DNA of 63,971 bases, counting the filler, from Pirum gemmata (Eukaryota): assembly GCA_002812295.1 (NCBI GenBank). It is 14 parts of 14 records of this genome, joined end to end, with 100 filler letters (N's around TTAATTAATTAA, not from the genome) between each part and the next. Parts side by side here need not be neighbours in the genome. Positions count along the whole stretch, not along the records: positions 9,126 to 13,577 come from PDIN01001141.1; positions 13,678 to 18,168 come from PDIN01001142.1; positions 18,269 to 22,710 come from PDIN01001143.1; positions 22,811 to 27,276 come from PDIN01001144.1; 10 more parts are not named here. One strand, given 5' to 3'. Of the stretch, positions 11,621 through 25,932 are shown piece after piece. The notes beneath the pieces are model-generated. The model was not told the origin of the DNA and did not search any database. It saw only the letters and a list, made by a program, of their open reading frames with translations. Position 1 is the first letter of the stretch. Every line of letters starts with the position of its first letter. The position numbers and the translations under genes are program-made.

Positions 11621-13068
11621 TTTGTGATTTCGTCATTGAACATATTAACCCGCTCCCACTCTTTTTTATTCCGACTCACACACGCTCTCTTTTTATATTT
11701 ATTTCGTTTCTTACACAACTTATCCACTCTCTTTGAAAATTTCTTAAGTTTCTTTCCACATTTAATTTTTCTTTTACCCACAACTCTTCGACACACTCCC
11801 TTAAATTCTTCAGACCACTCTTTATAATCCACTCTCGCCTTCTGCCAACTCGTCATTTTCACTATATTCTCTTCTAACACATTCTTCACACTCTCTATAT
11901 TTATAATTTTATCAGTATTCCATTTCTCAATTACTTTTTCTCTTTTATGTTTCAATTCATTCACTTTAATATTCCCAAATACTAACTTATGATCACTCGC
12001 TATCTCATCCTTTTCCTCTCCTACTCTTACTTCCCAAATATTTTCATACTCCTCCTTACACCCAATTATATAATCTATCACACTCTCACAGTTCCAACTA
12101 ACTCTAGTATATTGGGTCACTCCTTCAACACTTTCATTATCCTTGTTGTTATATATTTTCAACTTATTTTCTATCATCCACTCAATCAGACGTTTTCCAT
12201 TCACATTACGTACACTCTCTCCACCCGGACCAATCGTATCACCACTAAATACATCACTTACACCCACACGCGCATTAAAGTCACCCATAAACCAAACTGA
12301 CCCTTTACTCTCTAATCTCATTTTCGCTTCACTTAACTCATCTAAAATTCTATCCCTTATTGCACTACTCGACCCCTCTACATCCATATATACTGAACAA
12401 ATAAAAATATCCTTCCCTTTACCACCACTCCCGATTTTCAACCACATCACTCTCTCCTCAAATTCGCTCTCTTTTAGTGGTTTAATCACACTTATTACGT
12501 TAAATATGCTTTTTCGAATTAAAAATCCAACCCCTCCTCTACCTCTCTTTGCCTCCTTATCACTCTTCCCACAGACACTCAACCACTCATATTTACTTAA
12601 TTTAGCAATCTCACCTCCTCTTAACCAATGTTCACTCACAGCTACTATATCTAATTTTCTCTCCCATAAAACATTCTCTATAAAATTCCACTTACTATTA
12701 ATTCCACTTACATTCCACGTACCAACTCTCAAACAATTTTCTACTTCCTTCACACTTTCCTCAATTACTCCTTTCGATTTCTCTCTTCTCTCTTCATACA
12801 CAATATCATTATCTATATTCCAATTGTTAATACATTTACCCATATAATCATCAAAACACTCCTTTAATTTAAAGTAACTCACCTCTTGTAATTCCATACC
12901 ATCGTTTAACTTCTCAAATATTCCCTCTATCATTCCCTTGTTCTCTCTAATAGTAATATCTCTCTCTACATTCAAATTTTTAATATATTTACTAATACAC
13001 TCATCAAAACTCACCTCCTCTTGTAAATCCACTACCTTGTTTAACTTCACAAATACTCCCTTTATCAT
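11551..13068 (-). pseudogene. LINE ORF2 N-terminal part: apurinic-like endonuclease (frameshifted from the RT part near 11620)
   Basis: Motifs as listed for the element. The RT frame stays open upstream of 11554 (RAVRKENNESYKLFCENISEKKLSVKEFY), so one missing base near 11620 would explain the split. Confidence 0.88.
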
Positions 13069-13429
13069 TCTCTTGTTTTCTCTAATAGTAGTATCTCTCT
13101 CTGTATTCCAATTTTTAATATATTTAACTCATCAAAACTCACCTCCTCTTGTAAATCCAATACCTTGTTTAACTTCACAAATATACCCTCTATCATTCTC
13201 TTATCCTCACCACTAGTAATACATCTCTTATTTGACAACTCCTCACTTATCATACTAAAACTGTTTTTACACTCTAAATTGAATCTTCTCTGTTCCCTTC
13301 CTTTCTCTCTTTCAACAAACAATTTACCCAATGTTACTCTCCAATATCTATTACCCTCACAACATCTTTCCAACTCACTATACAAATCCTCTCTATATTT
13401 ATGTTTAGACACTCTCAATACTCTCCCCC

Positions 13430-13472
<43 letters not shown>

Positions 13473-15200
13473 TAATAATAGTAATACTAATAGTAATAAT
13501 AATAAAAATAATAATAATAATAATAAAAATAATAATAACAATAATAAATACTAATATTAATATTAATAAGAATAATANNNNNNNNNNNNNNNNNNNNNNN
13601 NNNNNNNNNNNNNNNNNNNNNTTAATTAATTAANNNNNNNNNNNNNNNNNNNNNNNNNNNNNNNNNNNNNNNNNNNNAATAATTCTATCAATATTATTGC
13701 TAATGATTAATCTGCTTTTAAAAAAACACAAATAAAAAAATTATAACCTAACGCCATTTAGCAAACCTAGTCATTTACCCTTTTACTTTTATGATGCTGT
13801 TGTTGGTTAGGCTGTACTCCTATGATATTTGATGAGTTCGGACAGGCTCAGGGCGGTTGATACATAATGCATAATGTATTATTGTTATTAATTAATTGCA
13901 ATCGACGTATCATAATAAATAATGTATTATTACATAATTATTATGATGCATTATAATAAATAATGTATTTTTAACTAATTATTATATAAATATATTATAT
14001 ATGATATTATATATTATAATGTAACAATAATAATAATAATAATAATACTTAATAGTAATAATAGTAACAATACATCTAGGCAAAAATCTTTATTTATCAA
14101 TTAATAACGTTAGCTATACTATACTATACTATACTATACTATACTACACTATACTACATACAAATATATATATATATAATCACACCAACTCCCTTTATTC
14201 TTTCAGAATCGGAGAAGGAGTTGGGTTGAGATGGGTTGGCTGGTAACTGAGCGATAAACTAGGCAAATAAGTGATTAGTGATTGACAGACCCTGTGGTGA
14301 TTGATTTTCAATCTCTTTCGTTTAATTTACTTTTTACCACAATTAATATCTTTCCTTTTTTTCTTTTTTTCTACCAGCTCTATTTCAAATAAAAGCTGCA
14401 GAACTTCGAAAGTGAATTTGATTCCTGGAAGTTCACTTTGCTTTCTTCCCCGGGTTCTTCTATTACTTATTTTATTAATTGAAATTTTAAAACTACATAA
14501 ATTTATTCCAACTAAATTATAATTTTATTTTCAGTACCCCTGTAGTTGCATTATGGCAAACCATCTTTTCAGCTTTATCGCAAAAATAAAACACAATCAA
14601 TTAATTGGCAACTAGTAGTTGATAAGAAAAACGCTATTCTAATAATAATAATAATACTAATTCTAATCTGTTGCTTTAATTAACTTGAATAGTTATTTTA
14701 TATATTATTACATGGGCGTACTATCACCTAATCCCAAATTAAATTAATGTAAACATTATCGAGACTAACGTTTACATTTGTAGTTTTTTATTTTATTTTA
14801 TTTTATTTTTTATCCAACAAGTCAATTCAAAAGGTACATAACCAAAATAACAAACAAGAAGTATTTGAATAAATCCCCTTGCTGAAATAAAACTCGAAAG
14901 CTAAAATAATCAATAATCTTTACAATTTCCATTTTTCTTTCTTATGGTTATTATATACATTTATAAAAAAAAATAAATAAAATAAAGTAATAATTATTAT
15001 TGTTACTATATGAGTAAAAAACAAAAAATAATATTATTTATAATAAGAATAAAAATAAAACACAAGTTTTCATTATTTTTTTTTTCATAAATTTTACTGA
15101 AATTGATCGTTTATTTTTACATTTATATTTAATGTTGTCTATGTATCATACTATTACTATTATAGACTACTAAATAAAATTCGTTTTTTTTTTAAATAGC

Positions 15201-15426
15201 CAAGCCGGATAAAACTGTGGAAATCTTTTTTTTTTAGACTTCTTTTCTAAAACCTGTAATGCTAACTGGCCAAATTATTTTTAAAATGTTACCATTAGCT
15301 CATAATAGAGTTTTCTTAGTAATAATGTTCCTCCAAATTTGGTAGTACTTTTATTTAAATTGGATGATTTTGATATTTCTGGATTTTGAGCTCATATGGC
15401 AGATTTCGCCATTTTTATCCGGCTTG
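15201..15426 (+). mobile_element. MITE family D (~226 bp)
   Basis: TIRs CAAGCCGGATAAAA / TTTTATCCGGCTTG. Related copies at ~17240-17470 (reverse, with an internal duplication) and ~56670-56815 (partial). Confidence 0.75.
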
Positions 15427-15593
15427 ATAGTTTAAAAAAAAAATAAAAAAAAATAAACATTTTTTTTTATAGTATGATATTAAATGATGAATGCTAAAAA
15501 AATAGCCCACTCGATTTCCCAGCTCGATTTCCCATTATTCGAAATGTTTGTAAAAAAAAATTGATAAAAAACAATCGAACAAGAATTGTACAA

Positions 15594-15732
15594 CTAGCCC
15601 TAACTCTAACCCTAACTCTAACCCTAACCCTAACCGCCTCAGCCCTAACCCTAACCCTAACCCTAACCGTCTCAGCCCTAACCCTAATCCTAACCCTAAC
15701 CGTCTCAGCCCTAACCGTAACTCGAACCTAAT
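15594..15732 (-). repeat. Interstitial (CCCTAA)n telomere-like tract with a higher-order CCGTCTCAG-spaced unit
   Basis: CCCTAA runs punctuated three times by CCG(C/T)CTCAG. Confidence 0.88.
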
Positions 15733-16195
15733 CAAGCTTAAAATCGAGCTAGAAAATACCACTTACCGAGCCAAAATGTGATTGTCAATGCTCTTTATTA
15801 TTGACGTCATTATAAATACAGCAGAATATCACCATCTGACCCTATCAGATAAAACTTCTAAGCTTTGAGATTGCAATCTAAGCGATTTAAATGGAAATAT
15901 AGATTCTACAAAAAGGTATGTTTTAAAAGTGACGTCATTGGAGAACGATGTTTCTCTATATATAGAAAATCTAGTTTTTTTTTTTTTTTCGTTTTTTGTT
16001 TTGCTTTTTTCAGTTGTCTTTTTTCACTCTTTTTAGTATGATCAGCTGAACCTGAGTATGATATTATTATTATTATTTAATATTATTTATAATTATAAAA
16101 AAGAGTAGATAAGATAAATAGTTTGTAAATTTGCAGACCATACTTACTATAGCGTTAAAGTTAACATTACATAATGGGGTTTGTAAATATAGATT

Positions 16196-16288
<93 letters not shown>

Positions 16289-16469
16289 NNNNNNNNNNNN
16301 NNNNNNNNNNNNNNNNNNNNNNNNNNNNNNNNNNNNNNNNNNNNNNNNNNNNNNNNNNNNNNNNNNNNNNNNNNNNNNNNNNNNNNNNNNNNNNNNNNNN
16401 NNNNNNNNNNNNNNNNNNNNNNNNNNNNNTTGTTGTTGTTGTTATTGTTTGTTGTTGTTGTTTGTTGTT

Positions 16470-16529
<60 letters not shown>

Positions 16530-16935
16530 GCTTTTGTTGGTTTTGTTGTTGTTATTGATGTTGATGTTGATGTTGTTGATGTTGTTGTTGTTGTTGGGTG
16601 AGGGGTAGGGTAATTTTAAAAAATGTCAAAAGTTGTTTTTTCTTTTCTTGCTCGTTATTATTATTATTATTATTAAAAAGTTATCGAGTTGTAACTGTGG
16701 AGATTAAGTGGTCAGGCGATCTACTAAAGTGACGTTTTTGCCTACGTTCTAATACTTTAAAAGAACTTTAAATTTATAAAAAAATTAAGAGAGGGATAAA
16801 AGTACTTTATTACGTAATATAATAATATATTTGAAGCGTTTTGCTCGCTCGAAGTTTTTTTTACGAAACTTACACACATGTTACATAACGTTATTGTTAG
16901 ATCGATGCATGTAGTCATGAAAAAAAAAAAAAAAN

Positions 16936-17164
16936 GGGGTGAGATGACGTCATTTTATTATTATCGAGCAGCTGCCGGAACTTTTCCGATTTTATGGTTT
17001 TGATTACTATTAATGTTAACTGTATTACTTAAATTGGTATCTACTATAATTGGATTTACTATTTTAAGCTATTTCACTGCTATTGTTAGTAAGGAACACG
17101 GAACTAAGGTTGGCTCGATAAGCATCTGTTCGAAAAAAGTTCCAGTAGATATCTCACCCCTACT
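16936..17164 (+). mobile_element. MITE family A, near-complete copy
   Basis: GGGGTGAGATGACGTCA...GATATCTCACCCCTACT, highly similar to the reverse copy at 27532-27762. Confidence 0.9.
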
Positions 17165-18037
17165 CTATCATACCAACCCCAGCTGCCCATATAAAAATGG
17201 TGACACCCATAACTGCCCAAAATCCAAAACCTCAAAATAGTCCAATTTTAATAAAAGTACTACCAAATTCTGAGAAATAATTTAACTAATAAAACACTCC
17301 ATTATGAACTAATGGCTACTTTTTAAAAATAATTTGGCTAGTTATAAATAAAGATTTTTAGAAAAAACTCTAAAAAAAAAAAATGATTTTCTAGTCTACA
17401 GTTTTATACGGATTGGTAAAAAAAAAAAAAAAAAAATGATTTTCTAGTCTACAGTTTTATCCGGCTTGGTAAAAAAAAAAAAAAAAAAAACAACCAATTT
17501 CAATAGAACTTTCAGTTTTCGAACATAAGTAAAGTAATAAATATTAATGAAGACAGAAAAAGTTGTAGAAAGGCTCGCTTTTTGAAAAAGGGTTCGAGCC
17601 TGACAGCCCTGTACTAGTTACAGTTTTTGATTGGCTGCTACAGTTTATTTTCGCTTTTTTTTTTTTTTTTTACACCAGGGAGATGCGGGAAAAAACATCA
17701 AATCGAGTTAAGTTCGAAACTTGCGATTCTTAAAATTCTTATAAATTTTATAGAAAAAACTTATAACTTGAAAAAAATATATCATTTCAAAATTACGATC
17801 GAGCAATTTGATTCGATTATTTTCCCGTATCGCGCAGTAAAAGTAATTTTTTTTTTTTTAAAAAAAACTTTTAGTTTTTATGTAATATACTATAATAGGT
17901 TAGTTTGATAATAAATTAGTTTTATTTGATGATCAAAGTTACCATATATAGTAAAAATAAAATTAATAAGTCTACTTTTAATTTTTTAAAAAATTTAATA
18001 TGCTCTTCTTTTCTATCAACAAAATTACCTTTTAATA

Positions 18038-18168
18038 CCCTAACCTTAAACTAACACTCCCTAACCCTAACCCTAACCCTAACCCTCTAACTCTAACCTA
18101 ACTCTAACCCTAACCCTAACCCTAACCCTAACCCTAACTCTAGCCCTAACCCTAACCCTAACCCTAAC
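18038..18168 (-). repeat. (CCCTAA)n tract at a contig end
   Basis: About 20 CCCTAA/CTCTAA units running into the spacer. The orientation is not that of a true chromosome end at this side. Confidence 0.88.
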
Positions 18169-18314
18169 NNNNNNNNNNNNNNNNNNNNNNNNNNNNNNNN
18201 NNNNNNNNNNNNTTAATTAATTAANNNNNNNNNNNNNNNNNNNNNNNNNNNNNNNNNNNNNNNNNNNNTTGTTGTTGTTGTTGTTGTTGTTGTTGTTATG
18301 GTTATTAATTAATA

Positions 18315-18361
<47 letters not shown>

Positions 18362-20305
18362 CATTACTATTACACATTACAAATTATTATTATTGTTATT
18401 ATTATTATTGCTTATTATTATTAATTATCCTAAAATATTTATTTTTTAAGTTTTATTCTATTAAAATCTTTGAATTGTTCATATTGATTAATTTCTTTTA
18501 CCACATTTTAACCCATGAGATATTGTTTTGTCCACCGACCCTGTTCTGATTAACTGCGCTTACTAACATATTGTTTAAAATTTAAGAAAATTACCTTGGT
18601 TTTCCTAATTTTCGTCGTTGCTTTTGATTGTTTTACTTTTCATCTCAGTTAAAGTAACTGGGTGGGGCTGTGATACCGGCAAAGCGTGGGGAAAAGTGTG
18701 GAGCATAAGCGGTGCTGTCTTTTCGACCCTAACCCTAACCCTAACGCTTACTATGAACCTACAAATAAACAGATATCAAAAAAACTCTTAGGTAAGTTAA
18801 AACCTGTATGTAACAATTAACTTTTAAAGCTTTGAATGACTATTAATTTTAAGTTATAATTATTTCTATTAATTAAAACCTAAACAATACTTACTTTACT
18901 TCTTTTAAACCATGAGAACTACAAAAATTGCAAATTGTAGTTATCATGTTTAAATGCAATTGTCTAAAGCACTTTGGGTATTGTAAAGAAAGGTATTGTG
19001 TATGTGGAAGAACTACCATTAAAAGTTTGAGAAAGACCCAGTAAGTAGTTCAACTCGAAGGTATGGCTGTTTATAACAATGACAGTTACAGTAATTAATG
19101 AAAGGCCTAATATATTATCGTAAACGAGTATGATGACAAAAAGGAAAAAATATAAGCAACAGAAATTTTAATGAACTTTTAAATTTTTAAATAAAAGGTA
19201 ATAAAACTTATTATCATCGCATTTCTTGAAGCATTCCACTTTCTGGGTATTCCATTCCTTCTGTTCAAAAGCGGCAGCACCATCGCTTGCAGAACATTTC
19301 TTTGTCCCTCCTTGTGCTTCTTTTTCAAAGTTACACTTTAAATTTCTTACACCTGGTCTTTATTATTATTATTATTATTATTATTATGGTCAGGGGTAAG
19401 GTTTTAGGGTTAGGGTTAGGGTTACTAATCTACTTACCTCGTGGGGTGCCCGTGGAGGATCGCTTCTCTATCGTGGGAGCCAACGGGGTAAGATGTGTGC
19501 TATTGATATGTAATATTATATATATAATAAATTATGTATTCTATATAAAAGATCCCATGGGCCAGACTGCATGGGCGGTGGGTCATGGCAGAAAAAAGAT
19601 GAAAAAAGCCGCCTGTATAAATCAGTTTTATTATATCAATACTATCATTTAAAAAAATGTTTTTTAATTAAGTTTCGATTTAAAAATCACTATTTTACTT
19701 ATTACACATATCTAGTTTTTGTAATAAAAACGCGGCATGTCTTCACTTTCGTGTTGCTACCAAGGGAATATTTTCAGCTCTTGTCTTTCGAATATGTTTT
19801 TTAAACAGAGATAAAGCAGTGATAAAGCCCAAAAAACGACCTTTTAATTAATTTTAATTAATTAAAAGGAATTTTTTCGATAGATTTTCTTCTCGAGATA
19901 TTTGGCCCAGCTTTTGGCCCGCTCCGTCTCTAAAGCTCTCTATGAGTAAATATTTATAAAATTTTATATTTTAAATTTTATAAATAACATTGATTATAAT
20001 ATTATAATGATAATAATTAATTATATTATAAAGTCTATTATATGATAATAATATTTACACTATATTTTTCTATTATTATTATTATTATTATTATATTACA
20101 ACTATTTCAGCCGATTGGAGACTAACACTAGACTAACGCTGTGTATAATAATAGTACACTACTATAAGACTATCATAACATAATATAATATGTTTACAAA
20201 ATTATTACTATGATTATTATTAGAAACAAACACAAATTTACCTCATGACAAGACTCACAAGAGGCTTCTTAGAGTCTATTGACTCTATTCAGTCAATTTA
20301 TAAAA

Positions 20306-20343
<38 letters not shown>

Positions 20344-21915
20344 NNNNNNNNNNNNNNNNNNNNNNNNNNNNNNNNNNNNNNNNNNNNNNNNNNNNNNNNN
20401 NNNNNNNNNNNNNNNNNNNNNNNNNNNNNNNNNNNNNNNNNNNNNNNNNNNNAAAAAAAAATCTAGGGAAAATATTTTCCCTCGTATCATAGGCTCATAG
20501 CCATTCATGAGCACCCCGTAGCACCCCGTAGAGATGATAGGAAAGAAAAACAAACCGGGAAAACAAAAAGAAAAAAAAATCTTACCAAGAATCAATAATA
20601 TTTTGTATCATAAACGTAAATAATATATTATATACCAAAAACTACTTTTTCTACTCAGACTAGTATATGAGACTAAAAGTTGCACGGTGCTGTTTATTAA
20701 TGAAAATGTTGAGTTTTAAAAGTAATACTATATGAATACAAAATAATAATATCATAATAATAATAATAAATAAGACAAGTTTATTAGTAACAAGTTGAGG
20801 CTTTTTGTACGATCACGTTTTCGGAGCCACCCGAAGACCACGGAAAGTCGACGGGACCCGGACGGACAAGGATTTTTCAATGTGTACATATATGATAGGG
20901 TAGGTGGGCTGCCTGGATAACTAGGCCTGGATAAAGACCTATTAGACCTATCATATCATAGGTAGCTAGCACTTATGGAGATCACTTATGATAATTGTAT
21001 ATAAATGGTTATTATAGTTTGTCATATTATGCATAAGGAAATTTATACGTCGCTCGTCATTGGTATTAACGTCGCCCACTTTTTTGCCTTATTAAGATTT
21101 TCAACTCATTAGTAGTCATTAGTACCTAGCTAGTAGTGGGCAACTACTAGCTAGCTAGTGGGCAAAACAACATGATAGCTAGCTAGCTAGCTAGCTAGAG
21201 GGGTGTATATGACCCAAACGATATATTATGAAATAACTATGAAATATATCCTATGGGAAATTACCTAAGGGACTCTAAGGGGAAATTACTGGGGAAATTA
21301 CATAGTCTAAACTAAATACAGACTAGACTGGTACGATATATGGTTAGACAAGAGACTACAAGGGTGACTTTTAAGTCACAGGTCACAAGACCCCAGGAAA
21401 ACTTCTAGCTAGCTAAAGGGCTTCACTGCGACAACTTCAATTCTTCAACTAAATAGTATCAATAGATTGTTATCATACAAAATTTGCTCTATCTGCCCTG
21501 AAAACTACATAATTAAATTTTTCTTGTTTTTCGTATAAAGAAATTAACACTGTGATAAAAAAAAAGTTGTTTTGAAAAGTACTCATAATTATATCGTACA
21601 TACTATAAACAAAATGTAACATCATTATTGTCAATACAATCTCGTTTTATTAACTTAACAATAGAATTACGTTCTATATCTAGGTAAGAAAAATATAGGT
21701 ATATCATAACTTGGAGGTGTGCACAATATTTTTTTCCGTTGCGGTGGTGATGGGGTAGTCGTAGTGGTTGTGGCGGTTGTGGTTGATGCCGTAGTGTTTG
21801 TCGTTGTCGTTGTCGTTGTCGTTGTTATTGTTGTTGTAGTTGTTGTCGTTGTTGTCGTTGTTGTTGTTGTTGTTGTTGTTGTCATTGCCGTTGTCATTGT
21901 TGTTGTTGTTGTTGC

Positions 21916-21960
<45 letters not shown>

Positions 21961-22156
21961 AGTATCGGTTTTGTTGGTGTTGTTAGCATTGCCCCCCTCT
22001 AACCCAAACACTAACCCTGACCCTAACTCTAATTTATAACCTTAATGGCAACCCTGACAGCTAAGATGTACATGAAAATGGTTTTCGACTGAAAAATGGG
22101 ACATTCCTGATTCAACCCTCTAACTCCAACCCCCAAAATTTCGTGCTTTTTCAATG

Positions 22157-22202
<46 letters not shown>

Positions 22203-22984
22203 TATACATACCATACACAGTCCATACTATGCACAGTCATATCATTATATCTAGATCATTATATAAGTGTTGTATATATCATATGATACATTATTGTCAT
22301 GATGGTCTTTAGCTGTTGTTTTGAGTCGTTTTGATAGGCTATCTAGTTCTAAAATTTAATTTCCAAATATATCATTTAACTAATCAGGGGTACCATGTCA
22401 ATAATTATAAAAAAAAGTCTATGATAGAAAAAAAGAGAAAAAAGTTTATTGATAATGCCTACATTTGATCTTTTTGAAAATAAAAATGAATAATACCAAT
22501 ACCCCAATAATAAATACAAGAAGTAAAATAATTATTAATCTTGTTGGAATATTTAAAAAAAAACAACAAGAAGCTATCAGAAGTAGGGATGTAGAGTATA
22601 AAATAACATAATTATCTAGAAAAAAACTAAAAAAAATATATATTTAAAAAAAAAACTAAAAATAAAAAAAAAAAAACAAAAATTAAAAAAAAAATTAAAA
22701 ATAAAAGAAANNNNNNNNNNNNNNNNNNNNNNNNNNNNNNNNNNNNNNNNNNNNTTAATTAATTAANNNNNNNNNNNNNNNNNNNNNNNNNNNNNNNNNN
22801 NNNNNNNNNNCAAAAAGTCTCGGAAAAAAGTCTCAAAAAAAAAAAAAGTCTCCAAAAATGCGGCACCTCTATTATCCATCTGACTGATACATAGTATTAC
22901 ATACGGCCAATATTTCAGGCCAATATTTGCGTAATCTACCAATAGTATAGCTAGTTCATTTTGCTCTTTGTTAGACAAAAAACT

Positions 22985-23226
22985 TAGACTTCTCAGAATT
23001 CTGCCCCTAAAATTCGACTTTCTGCTCCTGCCTTCTGCCCCGAAAAGCTCGATTTTTTCGAGCAGAATTTCTGGTCTGTTTGTTCTGTAATATGTTCGAG
23101 TTTATTAATAAATACATAGGTTCGAATAATTCAAGTTTATATTTTTATAGTGGTAGAATCAATCTCCTTTTTTTTTTTTTTTTCAAAAAATTAAAATTCT
23201 GCCCGGGCAGAATTCGGAGAAGTCTA
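22985..23226. mobile_element. MITE family F (22-bp TIR)
   Basis: TAGACTTCTCAGAATTCTGCCC / GGGCAGAATTCGGAGAAGTCTA (1 mismatch). A diverged relative lies at ~49587-49790 (CTCCTAATTCTGCTC...GAGCAGAATTGGGAG). Confidence 0.75.
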
Positions 23227-24279
23227 TTTGTCATAGTTATCCTATATAGGGGTGTACATTTTTGAAATAGAAGCCAATGAAAATAAGAGACTCGACGTAA
23301 AGGGCAAACCCGGCAAATTGATCATACAAATCGTTAATGCCATAGTGCCATAGTTTGTCTAATGCCATGCACATTTGGAAAATACTACTAAGATTTGCCA
23401 AATATGTAGTCTCTAAAAATTTTACTTTTCAATATCTACACAACTTTTTTTAAAATTAAAAAAATGAATCCTGTATTTTAATTAATAAATATCATTTCCA
23501 AGTTATACTTTTATTTAAAATACCTATGATTATATAACGACATACTACATTATTTTTTTTATAAAACTTTTTGAACTTTGTTTGAAAATACTATGATACT
23601 TACTAAAATATATTACAAAATTTAATATTGTTTTTTTAAAAATCAGAACAATTATGTATCACTGTTTATTTTACAATATTCTTTATGGAAAAACTATGGA
23701 TTAATAAACAAATCTCAAACTGTAATTATTTTATTATTGGTGTTAAAAACTAGAAAAGAATCGCCACGCCTAGGGGACATTTATTTATTTACAATGATAA
23801 TATGATAATAATAATAATAATAAACACCTAGTTTGAAAATTTATTATTGATAATCACCAATTTGTTTCCACAAACATTTAATTTATAACTAGCCGAATTA
23901 ATTTTAAAACAAGCCATATTAATTTTAAAACAAGCCATTGGTTATTATTATCATTATTATTATCATTATTATCATCATTATATTATTATTATTATTATCA
24001 TTCATTATCATTATTTATAATTATTATTATTATGATCATCATTTGTATCATTATTATCATTATCATTATATCATATCATTATCATCATTATTATATTTAA
24101 TGAAAACTACTAGCAATCAGCATTGAACATAAAAATAATATGATTTTTTTTTTTTTTCTTTTTTTATATTATATTTGTGTTGGACCCAGAGACCCCCAGA
24201 GGTTAACCAATACTATTAGCTTAATCAAAAAAGCTAGAAATAAAAAGCTGGTGAAAAAAAAAAAAGGGTGTTTTTAAAA

Positions 24280-24495
24280 TATAAAAAATTTGACCAATAG
24301 AAATCAAATTGCATAACTGAAAATGTTTTGAAAATGACCAGTCTAAAAAAACATTTGACCAATAGGAATCAAATTTCATAATTGAAAATGTTTTGAAAAT
24401 GACCAGTCTAAAAAAAAAATTGTCCAATATCGAATTCCATAGTTGAAAATGTTTTTTTAAAAAATGGCCACAGTCTAAAAAAACTGACTAATAGA
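24280..24495 (+). repeat. ~63-bp tandem repeat (~3.5 copies)
   Basis: TTGACCAATAG.AATCAAATT.CATAA.TGAAAATGTTTTGAAAATGACCAGTCTAAAAAAA repeated. Confidence 0.8.
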
Positions 24496-25020
24496 AAGCA
24501 AGATTAATTATTTAAAATGGTTAGAATTAGAGCTGGGACTGGCTGATTTAGGTATAGCGTAAATCTGACAAATAGAGATTAAGTTTTATAACACAAATTT
24601 GGTATATAATTATAACCTGGCTAATAGAAATTAAGTTTTATAATATTTTCAGTTTCAACAACAACCATAATATATATATCATATTCCAAGTTATACTTTT
24701 ATTTCAAAAATTTTAATTAGTAAAATACCTATGATTATATAACGACATACTACATTAATTTTTTCATAGAACTTTTGAACTTTGTTTGTTTCTTGTAACA
24801 TAAAAATACGATACCCACTAAAATATGTTACAATTTTTTTTAAAATCAGAACAATTATGTGAGAAAAAAAATCCATGTAACAAAACTATATATATCCAAG
24901 ACTTCCAAGTTTAGTTATTTATAAATAAAATCATATGATTGCATTTCAATATATATAGTAGATTTCAATCGACCTATCATTATTTTTTTAAAAAAAAAAC
25001 CCCTAACATTTTTTAACCCT

Positions 25021-25083
<63 letters not shown>

Positions 25084-25932
25084 ATATGATTACTTTTTAC
25101 ATATGATACATAGGACTCACATCAGGAAATAAGAATAAAAACACATTTGGTACATGCAATATTAATACTTTAAGCCTTATTATTTCGTTAAAAGTATTAT
25201 TGTTCATACAATATATGTTTTGAGTAAGAAAGAAATGAAAATGAAAAAATTCGAATTTGAAATATTATGATGTATTATGCTAATATCTCTAAGTTTAAAA
25301 TAATATATGAGTACTAGTTTTAAATTGACTGTGATTGTTACAATAATAAAGTAGGAATGACCTATGCATGTATGGTAAATATTGGATGTGTGGGAGCAGC
25401 AGCAAAATTTGGATATATAAGTTTGAGGTTATATAATTATAAGGTATGTTGTTTCGCATAATATTATGTTTCCATAATTAGTATTGTGTTATTGGTATTA
25501 GCATTTAACATTAGCATTAACGTTAGCATTAACATTAACATTAATTAGTCTTAGCATTACCGTTAGCATTACTATATATATATAGCAAAAAAACTATTTA
25601 ATGAAAACCACCAGCAATCAGCATTGTGAACATAAAAATAATACTTTTTTTTTTTGCCTTTTTTTTTTTTGCCTTTTTTTGTGTTGGACCTTGGAGACTC
25701 CCAGAGGTTAGCCAATACATCGGCTTGATCAAGCTGCTGCTGAAATCAAGAAGAAAAGAAAAAAAAAGGTGAAAAAAAAAAGGTATATAACTTCTCAGAT
25801 AACAAAGAAAATTCAAAATTCAAAATTCATTTTTAATTTCAATTAATTCAAAATAATCATAATCAAAAAGCAACAGTTACAACAATAACAACAATAATAA
25901 CAACAAAAAATATTCACTTATTAAATCTAATC

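Larger units (their letters stand above)
9278..13420 (-). mobile_element. Non-LTR retrotransposon (LINE; APE endonuclease + RT + C-terminal CCHC), CR1/L2/Crack-like, with disabling lesions
   Basis: APE motifs: VGTWNVSG, VAVSEHW, GGVGFLI, MGDFNARVG, IDYI, SDHK. RT motifs: AAGRDGI, NFRGVTLL, QGGF, FVDIKKAFDRV, GVRQGDILSPLLF, YADD, YKYLG. C-terminal C-x2-C...H-x4-C. The clade assignment is an inference. Confidence 0.95.

Noticed and set aside
14200..14590. Exon-like GC-richer patches with AG/GT boundaries
   Set aside because: I could not join them into a convincing frame or a recognisable peptide. Part of the region is a local inverted repeat.
18038..18168. True chromosome end
   Set aside because: A C-rich strand at the right end of a contig is the wrong polarity, and similar tracts are interstitial throughout.
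19170..19620. Possible minus-strand exons (…HGHPTR-PGVRNLKCNFEKEAQGGTKKC…)
   Set aside because: One plausible splice junction, but no start, no homology and only short peptides, which is not enough to call a gene.
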